A stretch of DNA of 64,000 bases from Stellaceae bacterium (GTDB lineage Bacteria > Pseudomonadota > Alphaproteobacteria > ATCC43930 > CGMCC-115725): positions 643 to 64,642 of the forward strand of contig DATNGG010000167.1 of NCBI GenBank assembly GCA_035605975.1, in the 5' to 3' direction. Within the stretch, counting starts at the first letter, position 1. The number at the start of each line of letters is the position of its first letter. Below the pieces are notes generated by a model. The model was not told where the DNA came from. It saw only the letters and a program-made list of their open reading frames with translations, and did not search any database. Shown piece by piece: positions 17,164-25,003 of the stretch. The translations under genes and the position numbers were made by a program.

Positions 17164-18192
17164 TCACTTTACGAATTCGTCTGTGACGATTCCCGCGAAC
17201 GATTTGAGCCTCTCTTCAGGCTTGAGCAGACCGGCGTCGATATTGAAACGTTCAGCATTTTCCAAGCCCTTTTGGCTCACGAGGGGCGGACTGGGGCTGA
17301 TTTCATGCAATACATCGAATGCTGCGGCGAACACCTTGGCATCGAGTTTTGGAAAGCGCTTCTTCAACACCTCCGCCGCCTCTTTCGGCCGGTCGTGAAT
17401 ATAGGCTTCCGCTTCGGCGAAACTATGGCCCATTGCCATACAGACGGATCGGCGCTGCTGACAGGTCTCAGGCCGCGTCGCAACAATGCTGGTGGCAAAG
17501 GGATCGAGATCGGCGGGATCGCCCTTAGGACCGCTTGCGACCGTTACCGCGGCTCCCTGAGTGACCGGTATCAGCGGCCAGGGCGGGGCCATTGCGAAGC
17601 CATCGATTTGCTTCGTCTGAAACGATGCAAGCATATTGGCAGGCTGCATGGTCGGAATTTGCATTCCGCTCGGATCGATTCCTGCGCGTTTGAGGATTAG
17701 GAGCAGATAGCTGTCGATCAACGACCCGGTCGAATCCACGGCGATCGTGCGATTGCGCAGTATCGCGGCACGCTTCTTCAAGGGCGCTCCAGGGTCGAAG
17801 CCTGCGGCGTCGGCCAGATCTTTGCGCAGAACGATGATCGTGCTCGGCTTATCGATCGTCTCGGCAATAACAAGCAGCTTCTGTCCCTTGGCGATCGCGC
17901 GCGTAATCGAAGTGGAAGCGGCCTCCACGAAATCCGCACTGCCCGAAATAACGGCGTTGGTCGCGCCGACGCCGTGGATGAGCACGGTTTTCACATTGAG
18001 GCCATTCTTCTTGTAGATCCCGAGGTCCTCGGCCAGATAGTTGGCCCCGAATGAGATGGTAAAAGCCGGATTTGCCATGACGACGTCGGTGAGTTTTCCC
18101 GTCTCGGCGGCAGACGCCGGAGACGAGACAACTGCCATGGCGATCGATAATGCGGCCGTTACGAACCGCAGATCCGTCCCTAACATCTTCAT
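17164..18192 (-). CDS. ABC-type substrate-binding protein, NMT1/TauA (NitT/TauT) family
   Basis: Signal peptide MKMLGTDLRFVTAALSIAMAVVSSPASA. Typical class of periplasmic binding fold, with paralogues at 40455, 41628 and 52543. Confidence 0.85.
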   Translation of the reverse strand: MKMLGTDLRFVTAALSIAMAVVSSPASAAETGKLTDVVMANPAFTISFGANYLAEDLGIYKKNGLNVKTVLIHGVGATNAVISGSADFVEAASTSITRAIAKGQKLLVIAETIDKPSTIIVLRKDLADAAGFDPGAPLKKRAAILRNRTIAVDSTGSLIDSYLLLILKRAGIDPSGMQIPTMQPANMLASFQTKQIDGFAMAPPWPLIPVTQGAAVTVASGPKGDPADLDPFATSIVATRPETCQQRRSVCMAMGHSFAEAEAYIHDRPKEAAEVLKKRFPKLDAKVFAAAFDVLHEISPSPPLVSQKGLENAERFNIDAGLLKPEERLKSFAGIVTDEFVK

Positions 18193-18202
18193 GACCTCCC
18201 CG

Positions 18203-18748
18203 TCATTCTTGGTTTAGTTGATCTCCAGCCGGCGCCTCGGCCAGCAGCGCTGAAATCAGCTTATCGATCGCCTTCGAGAACGTCGCTCGCTCGCTTTCGC
18301 TTAAAAGCAATTCCAGGCGGCGTTGCCGCTTGCGCGATAGCCGCATCACCGAGCGATATAGCTGCAAACCTTTCTCGGTGATGGAGAAAAACGGAGCCCG
18401 AGCATCTTCGGGATCCTCTTCGCGCACGACGTAGCCGCTCTTGATCAAGGGCGGCAGCGCGGAAGATATTTGCGGCTTGGCCAGAAGACTGCGTGAATGG
18501 ATTTCACTGATCTTCGACGGTGATACGTGCTCGAGTTGAATGAGAACGCGCCAATCCATCTGCGATAGCCCGAACGGCTCTGCCAGCATCTGGCGCGTCT
18601 CGCGGGCAATCAACCGACTGAGAAGCGACAAACGATGGGTGTAAAACGCTTCCGATTCATAGGAGCCGGTGCGTTGCAGCCCGAGCGCCCGACCGCCCTC
18701 CGGCGGCGCCGGACGAAGTCCCTTTTCGGCGATCGCCGTCGCCTTCAC
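18203..18748 (-). CDS. MarR-family transcriptional regulator
   Basis: Winged-helix segment LSQMDWRVLIQLEHVSPSKISEIHSRSLLAKPQISSALPPLIKSGYVVRE. The GTG 18748 start gives a GTGA overlap with the upstream GST stop. Confidence 0.85.
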   Translation of the reverse strand: MKATAIAEKGLRPAPPEGGRALGLQRTGSYESEAFYTHRLSLLSRLIARETRQMLAEPFGLSQMDWRVLIQLEHVSPSKISEIHSRSLLAKPQISSALPPLIKSGYVVREEDPEDARAPFFSITEKGLQLYRSVMRLSRKRQRRLELLLSESERATFSKAIDKLISALLAEAPAGDQLNQE

Positions 18749-19551
18749 CACGCACCTGCCTCCTTGAGAATTTCGCGGACTTCGGGCCAATACCCGCTGC
18801 CGCGCGTGCCCATATCAGCCATGAATTTCGACGGCATCACATCGATCATCGCCGGTCGAAAACTCGGACGCGCCTTTATCCTTTCATACCAATCGTCGAG
18901 GCGCGGGCGGAAATGGCGCCACCATTCCTGATAATTGAGCATATCGAGCCGCACCAGATAGGGTGTCGCGGCGGCATCGGCGATCGAATAGCTCTTGCCG
19001 GTGAGCCAAGCCCCCGACTTGGCGAGCTGGTCCTCCAGCTTCGTCAGAAAGCGGTCATAGACGAGCACCGCGTGCTTTGCGTCTGGGGCTTGATAGCCCT
19101 GCTCGATAAGCCGCTTGCGCCGCGCAAGTTTGTCCTTATCGGTGTGGCCGTCATAGAAGCGCTGCAATTCTTCGGGCGATAACTTCAGCACCTCATGCCG
19201 ATGCGTGGCCGGATAGGTGATGCCGGCACAAATGCCGTTCATATAGGTATCGACGTCACTCGCCCAGATGCGCATCACCGAACGATCGACGAGATCGGCG
19301 GGACGTAACGGCGGGTCCGCGAAAACGTCGTCGAGATATTCGCAGATCACCGCGGATTCGACGATCGCCTGGTCGTCGTGCACCAATGTCGGGACGACCG
19401 CATTCGGATTGAGAGCCACATACCAAGGCTGGAATTGCTCTCCTTTCAGGATCTCGATAATCCTGCTCTCCCAGGGCAGCTCCTTCTCGTGGAGAACGAG
19501 ACGCACCTTTGCCGCACAGACCGAGGACGGAAAGTGATAGAGCGTCAGCAT
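18745..19551 (-). CDS. Glutathione S-transferase family protein
   Basis: MLTLYHFPSSVCAAKVRLVLHEKELPWES..VVPTLVHDDQAIVESAVICEYLDD has the GST N-domain signature. Paralogue of the next gene. Confidence 0.85.
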   Translation of the reverse strand: MLTLYHFPSSVCAAKVRLVLHEKELPWESRIIEILKGEQFQPWYVALNPNAVVPTLVHDDQAIVESAVICEYLDDVFADPPLRPADLVDRSVMRIWASDVDTYMNGICAGITYPATHRHEVLKLSPEELQRFYDGHTDKDKLARRKRLIEQGYQAPDAKHAVLVYDRFLTKLEDQLAKSGAWLTGKSYSIADAAATPYLVRLDMLNYQEWWRHFRPRLDDWYERIKARPSFRPAMIDVMPSKFMADMGTRGSGYWPEVREILKEAGAW

Positions 19552-19563
19552 GACCCGTCTCTC

Positions 19564-20406
19564 CTAAAGCGCTTCGGCGCGCATCGCCCAGGGCGATTTT
19601 CCATTGAACGGCTCGGCCGTGGCGATGATCGCCTCCACCTCGGGCCAAATCTCCGCACCGCGTTTTGCCATATCACGCCGGAGCTGATCCGGCACGATGT
19701 TGAGATGGGCGCGCTGGAACGCCGGACGTGCCTTGATGCCGCTGTACCAACGTTCGACATGGGGTAACCTGCCGACCCACCATCTCTGAAACTGAAGCAA
19801 TTCCAAAACCGCGACATAGGGGGCGGTTTCGACGTCAGCGAGGCTGAGGAAATCACCGACGAGCCACTCTGATCGGCCGAGCTGCAATTCCATCTTCTGA
19901 AGGAATTTATGGTAGGTCAGCACCGCGCGACGCGCATCGGGTGACGCGTAGCCTTCCGCCATCCAGGCCCGTTTCCTTTCCGCGAGTCTCTTGTTCGGGT
20001 GATGCTCGAAATAGGCGTTCAGTTGTTCAGGCGCGAGCTTGGCAAGCTCGTGTCGGTCGTTCGCCGGGAAGATCGTTCCAGCAAGCGATACGCTCATGAA
20101 GGTCTCGATGTCCTTGCACCAGACCCGCATCCGCGCGCGCAGCGCCAAATCGGCGGGGGCGAGCGGCCCTTCCGGAAAGGCTTCCTCGAGATATTCGCAA
20201 ATGACGAGAGATTCGCGCACCGGCCGACCGTTATGGACCAATGTCGGGACGACGGCGGCTTCGTTGATCGCGAGGTACGCGGCCGAAAATTGCTCGCCCT
20301 GGTAAAGATCGACGATCGCGCTTTCCCACGGGATTTCCTTTTCCTGAAGCACAAACCGCACTTTCGCGGACGAAGGCGATGCAGGGTGATGGTAGAGGGT
20401 CAGCAT
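19564..20406 (-). CDS. Glutathione S-transferase family protein
   Basis: MLTLYHHPASPSSAKVRFVLQEKEIPWES..VVPTLVHNGRPVRESLVICEYLEE. Clear tandem paralogue of 18745-19551. Confidence 0.85.
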   Translation of the reverse strand: MLTLYHHPASPSSAKVRFVLQEKEIPWESAIVDLYQGEQFSAAYLAINEAAVVPTLVHNGRPVRESLVICEYLEEAFPEGPLAPADLALRARMRVWCKDIETFMSVSLAGTIFPANDRHELAKLAPEQLNAYFEHHPNKRLAERKRAWMAEGYASPDARRAVLTYHKFLQKMELQLGRSEWLVGDFLSLADVETAPYVAVLELLQFQRWWVGRLPHVERWYSGIKARPAFQRAHLNIVPDQLRRDMAKRGAEIWPEVEAIIATAEPFNGKSPWAMRAEAL

Positions 20407-20521
20407 TGATACCGTCCCGGCATTGTGAATGTTCTATTATTAACGTTTTTCGTTCACTTGTAAACGATCTCGTGGCGTTGCGACTGCGTGTGTCTCTAGC
20501 GGAGCGGCGCTAAGCACGGCG

Positions 20522-21598
20522 CTATGAGGATTCTTGCTGGATAAACCAGTTGCTGGGCAGCTCTCGACCGAGTCCGGCGCGACGTGCGTGCTCGAGGACG
20601 ATAGCGCCTACCGCTGCGTAGGCTGTCCCCGGGCCCGAGCTGTCGAAGCCCCCAAAGATCGTGACCTGTCCCAAATCGCTGCGGCCTCGATCCTTGCCCG
20701 CGATGATGTCGCCGAGAAGAGCCAGCCCGCGAGGCGGCGACGGCTCTTGAGCCGTTGCCGGCCGCGAAGGCGGCCGTTGCGCTGCGAGCCGCGCCGGTTG
20801 CCAGCGTAAGGTTTGGTCCTGGGTTTGCACGACGATGAGGGAGGCCCGCTCGTAGGCGAACCGATCACCTTTGCCCGGTCCGGCAAAGCTGACGTGCTGA
20901 CCGGGTTCGATCCATTCTCCCAAGACCACAGGGTCGAGTGAGCTGGTGGCGGTGGCCACGATATCGGCGCCGCGCATTGCCTCGCGCGCCGAATCGCATA
21001 CGCTAATCTTCACCCCCAGCCGCTCGGCCATGTTCCTTGCAAACGCTTCGCGATGCGCTTTTGTTGGGCTGAACACTTGCACTTTCTCGAGATGCCGCAC
21101 GGCGGCGATGGCGGCCAGTTGCTCGCGGGCCTGCCCGCCCGAGCCCAAGAGACCGACGATTTTGGCGTCTTCCCGCGCCAGATACTTCGCCGCCAGGCCA
21201 TAAGTGGCGCCGGCCCGCATCACTTGCAAACGCGCATCCTGGATGATTGCGAGCAACTCGAGAGTTTGGATATCGAATAGCAGAATTAGGCCGACATATC
21301 CGGTACCGCCCCCTGCAAGCGGCAACGGATCGAGGCGCGACGAGGAGCCATTGCCCCCGCGCTGCATCATATTCGATGTGACGCGCGTCGCTGCCAAACC
21401 GATCGACGGGAGCGCCGCATCCCAGCTTTTGAGAAGGTAATGACGGCCTGCTTCCGGCTGCGGGACGATCAGCTCTGAACGCGGACGGCTTGCCGCATCG
21501 CCCTTGCCGAGCTCCAAAAAGGCCCTCTCGACTGCTGCAAGGCAGTCATCCATTGTCAGGATGCGGATGACATCTTCGTTCGAAATAATGAGCGGCAT
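20522..21598 (-). CDS. Ornithine cyclodeaminase / mu-crystallin family protein
   Basis: Rossmann segment KIVGLLGSGGQAREQLAAIAAVR within the typical OCD_Mu_crystall layout. 358 aa. Confidence 0.8.
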   Translation of the reverse strand: MPLIISNEDVIRILTMDDCLAAVERAFLELGKGDAASRPRSELIVPQPEAGRHYLLKSWDAALPSIGLAATRVTSNMMQRGGNGSSSRLDPLPLAGGGTGYVGLILLFDIQTLELLAIIQDARLQVMRAGATYGLAAKYLAREDAKIVGLLGSGGQAREQLAAIAAVRHLEKVQVFSPTKAHREAFARNMAERLGVKISVCDSAREAMRGADIVATATSSLDPVVLGEWIEPGQHVSFAGPGKGDRFAYERASLIVVQTQDQTLRWQPARLAAQRPPSRPATAQEPSPPRGLALLGDIIAGKDRGRSDLGQVTIFGGFDSSGPGTAYAAVGAIVLEHARRAGLGRELPSNWFIQQESS

Positions 21599-21612
21599 AA
21601 TCCTCTCCGCTC

Positions 21613-22350
21613 TCAGCTGCGCCCCTGGGTGACCGGATCATGCCCGAACGCCTTGGCAACTTCCTTGCGAGCGCTTGGACCGGCGCGATTCAACACGCGC
21701 TCATGGACGAGGGGATTGATGCCTAACTGCAGCCAGCTTTCCGAGTACATCTGCCGGACACGTAATCCGCGGGCCTTCAGCGCATCGGCTTCAAGAACAG
21801 TCTCCAACACGAGCTCGAGGTCGCGAGCGATCAGGCTCGTCGCCTTATAAAAGATGAGTCCATCCTTGTTCACGCCCCAGACCATATTCGGACGAATCCC
21901 GTAGAGCTGATGCGCGTCGCCTTCCAAAGAGTCCGCCACCAGGTGCGGCTCGACACCTTCGAGCCGCTGAAGCTCGCGGGCGCGGTCCAACTTTTCCTCG
22001 AGACTGGTATGCGGCGGATAATTCTCTGCGGCATGCGCCTCTCTTACATAGATGATGAGGATTGAAATATCCGTGCCGGCGAATTTTCGATGCAGCCGAT
22101 TGAGCTCCGGAATATCGTTTATAAAGATCGGCGCTGTGAGGCAGCCAAAAGCGAACGCGACATGCTTCTTGCCACGAATATCGGAGAGTTTCAGCATCGT
22201 TCCATCGAGCTGGTACGCGGTGAAATCGGGCGCCAGCGCGCCGACGCGCAATCTCGGATGAAAATCGAGCCCCGCCTCGTCTTGGACCTTGCGTATTTCC
22301 GGTGTGAATTCGCGGTTGTTATAAATGGCTGCACGTTCCGACAACGTCAT
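21613..22350 (-). CDS. Iodothyronine-deiodinase-like thioredoxin-fold protein
   Basis: APDFTAYQLDG..KLSDIRGKKHVAFAFGCLTAPIF...ILIIYVREAHAAENYP parallels the deiodinase motifs NFGS(C/A)T(U/C)PPF and YIxEAH. GGAGA SD before ATG 22350. Confidence 0.6.
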   Translation of the reverse strand: MTLSERAAIYNNREFTPEIRKVQDEAGLDFHPRLRVGALAPDFTAYQLDGTMLKLSDIRGKKHVAFAFGCLTAPIFINDIPELNRLHRKFAGTDISILIIYVREAHAAENYPPHTSLEEKLDRARELQRLEGVEPHLVADSLEGDAHQLYGIRPNMVWGVNKDGLIFYKATSLIARDLELVLETVLEADALKARGLRVRQMYSESWLQLGINPLVHERVLNRAGPSARKEVAKAFGHDPVTQGRS

Positions 22351-23093
22351 TCGAGGTCTCCCCAAGAGCTTGAGCTCATTTGATTCGCATAAGCTGCACG
22401 ACCAAGCAGGATGGCGCAAGTTACCGAGCAGTCAGAGCGAGAATTTGCCTGCAGCTTCGTTACGTTAGATGCGACCAATTCGCACCTCAGATCACGCGAT
22501 CGAGCGCCATCGCGATCGGCGCCGGACGAAGGGGCAAGAATGGCGCTTTCCGCGCCGCCGGACAGGTGGTTGCCGCTCTTTGGGAAGGCATGCCGATCGA
22601 GTCTGTCGACACAGCCGACATTGCGCTAAAGGGCAGCGATCGCCCGCAGCTTCCCGCCCGGCGCTGCGATGTCCTCGCCGAGCTCGCGATCGGCCTCGCC
22701 GGAATTGCCGCCGAAGCGCGTTACAGCTTCGGCACGCCTACACCAGAGCAAGCCGGACGAATTTCGGTCTGCGTCCACTCGTCCTTCAGCGCTCGGCAAC
22801 TTGCAGCTTTTGCGATCGTACGGGAACTCATCGCGGCGATCGATTCCCACGACGGTCAGGACATTCTGTTGCAAGGGTGGACGCAGGCGCTTTCATTCGT
22901 CGCCGAAGAGGCCAACTGGGAAGCCATTGAATTCTTCGCGCCTTGGGGTCTAGCAGGCCTAGTTGCTCTCGACCTGTGTGGCTCGCAGTCGGGCTTTTCG
23001 GCGCGACCGGGAAATCTGGCTCAGCCGCCACGGATGCCGCGGCAGGGCTCGCTAAGGCACGAGTCTCGCTTCGCGGACGGGTTGGCTCATAGC

Positions 23094-24161
23094 TCAGCCG
23101 GCCATCCGCACCGCTTCGCAGCGATCGCTTGCGCCGGCAACCAGAGCGCCGACGCCGGTGAAGTCCATGCTGTGCGCCGGGGCCGGCCGCGAGGGGGCAA
23201 AGCCGCGCGCGGACGGGCGCCGCTCGATCGAGGTCACGATCTCGCCGGCGCGCGCCGCCTGAGGCGCGGCCGGGCCGCTCTCGCGCAAGCGCTCGATCAT
23301 GAAATCGAGAAAGCTGCGAATCCGCGTCGCGAGGTGCCGCCCGGACGGGTAGAGCGCATGGATGATCCGAGGCGCGGCGTCATAGCCGGGCAACAGGCGA
23401 ACGAGCATCCCGCGCGCGAGATCATCGGCGACGCAGGAAAGCGGCAGGAGGCAAATGCCCTGTCCCGCGAGCGCGCCCGCCCGCAACCCCTCGATGCTGT
23501 TGCTGCGCAAATTGCCCGCGACATCGACCGCGTGCTCGCCATCCTTCCCGGCAAAGCGCCAATGACTAACGGCGAGGCTGCCGACAAGATCGAGGCAATT
23601 GCGCGCCGCGAGGTCGCGCGGATGCTCGGGCGAGCCATGCACGGCGAGATAGGCGGGCGCGGCGCAGAGCGCCAGCCGCGCAACCCCGAGACGCCGGCTG
23701 ATCAAAGAGCAATCGCGCAACGGGCCGGCGAAGATCGCCAAATCGAACTTCTCCTCGACCATGTCGCCCAGCGTTTCCGCGACGATGAGCTCGCAGGAGA
23801 TCTCGGGATAGAGCGCCGCGTATTCGCCGACCAAGGGGGCGATCACATGCGCCAGGCGGATATCGGCATTGAGCCGCAAAGTCCCGTTCGGCTTCGCTTG
23901 CAGCGCGCCGGCGAGGCTTTCGACCTCGGCGAGCTCGGCGAGGATGCGGCTGCAGCGCTCGTAGAACGCCTCTCCTTCCTCGGTGAGGCTCACCTTCCGC
24001 GTGGTGCGGTTGAGCAGCCGAACCCCCAATTGCTGCTCGAAGGATTGGACGCGCGAGGTCACGCTGGTCGGCGATATCTCGAGGCGCCGGGCGGCGCCCG
24101 TGAAGCTGCCGGCATTCACGACCTGGACGAAGGCCGACATGCTGCTCACCTGGTCCATCAC
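23094..24161 (-). CDS. LysR-family transcriptional regulator
   Basis: N-terminal HTH MSAFVQVVNAGSFTGAARRLEISPTSVTSRVQSFEQQLGVRLLNRTTRKVSLTEEG, followed by a LysR substrate-binding domain. Confidence 0.9.
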   Translation of the reverse strand: MMDQVSSMSAFVQVVNAGSFTGAARRLEISPTSVTSRVQSFEQQLGVRLLNRTTRKVSLTEEGEAFYERCSRILAELAEVESLAGALQAKPNGTLRLNADIRLAHVIAPLVGEYAALYPEISCELIVAETLGDMVEEKFDLAIFAGPLRDCSLISRRLGVARLALCAAPAYLAVHGSPEHPRDLAARNCLDLVGSLAVSHWRFAGKDGEHAVDVAGNLRSNSIEGLRAGALAGQGICLLPLSCVADDLARGMLVRLLPGYDAAPRIIHALYPSGRHLATRIRSFLDFMIERLRESGPAAPQAARAGEIVTSIERRPSARGFAPSRPAPAHSMDFTGVGALVAGASDRCEAVRMAG

Positions 24162-24182
24162 ACCCTCCCCTCTTCGAAAGCT

Positions 24183-24566
24183 TTACGCCGCGATGCCGCA
24201 GCATTGGGGCGAGGCCGCTCTCTCGCGGCGCGACCTGGGCGAAAAATATTCGCATCCGCCCGCGCCCTGCGCATCGGCGCGCCAAGCCTCGTCCGCCTCG
24301 CACCCTTGCGCCTCCGGCGTAATCCAGAAGGCGGCGAAGTCGCGCCGGCCTTGCCCGTCCCAGCCGCGCTCCGTCACCTCCTGATAGGCGACGACAAGGA
24401 TGGCGAGCTTTCCGGGTCTGCCCATCATCTCGGCGCGATCGATGCCGAGCGATGAGACCAAGGCGTTGATCGCCTGGGTCGCCGCGAGATGCGGGTTGTG
24501 AGCCTGGCCGGTTCCCGAACAGAGACCGCACACCAACCAACGGCGGATGAAGCTTCGGACACTCAT
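24183..24566 (-). CDS. Hypothetical protein (127 aa)
   Basis: ORF with GC-rich third positions immediately upstream of the LysR gene on the same strand. N-terminal MSVRSFIRRWLVCGLCSGTGQA could be a signal. No family recognised. Confidence 0.3.
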   Translation of the reverse strand: MSVRSFIRRWLVCGLCSGTGQAHNPHLAATQAINALVSSLGIDRAEMMGRPGKLAILVVAYQEVTERGWDGQGRRDFAAFWITPEAQGCEADEAWRADAQGAGGCEYFSPRSRRERAASPQCCGIAA

Positions 24567-25003
24567 TCTCATCTCCCTCGGCGAGCACTTCGGAAGTGCC
24601 GCTCTCAAACGCGTGCCGTGTTGCGAGGTGCTTTCCGTTCGAGCCCAATCCGTCTCGGTAGGGGCGGGCTTGGCGATACTGATATCAGGCTTCGAAAGGC
24701 CGGGCTGTGACGGGTGTCACAGGCAATTCTCCCTCCGCGAGATCACCCTTTCGGCCATCGACGAGGATGCCCGGTTTGGCTCAAGCGCCTGAAAAATTTG
24801 CTTTTCTCGACGATGACAGCCGCGACGTATAATCTCCGGCAGGCTGTCTCGGGCGCGACCGGCTGAAAAGGAGATGGCCCGATGCGATGGCATGCGCAGT
24901 GTGATTTCGGACGCCTCGTGAGCACGAGGCCGGATGTATCGCGCGCCGCTCCCGGCCGCCGCGCCTGCGCGATGCCTTTGCCGCGATTTGCCGGGGTGGC
25001 CGA

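Noticed and set aside
20903-20913. GGGTTCGATCC, a tRNA T-arm-like motif.
   Set aside because: It lies inside the ornithine cyclodeaminase CDS and has no flanking acceptor or anticodon stem structure. No tRNA was recognised anywhere in the window.
22380-24455. 691-aa plus-strand ORF considered as a real large protein.
   Set aside because: About two-thirds of it is antisense to a well-supported LysR regulator and to the ORF upstream of that, and this part is Arg/Gly-rich. Only the first ~170 aa look protein-like (reported separately as an unresolved gap).
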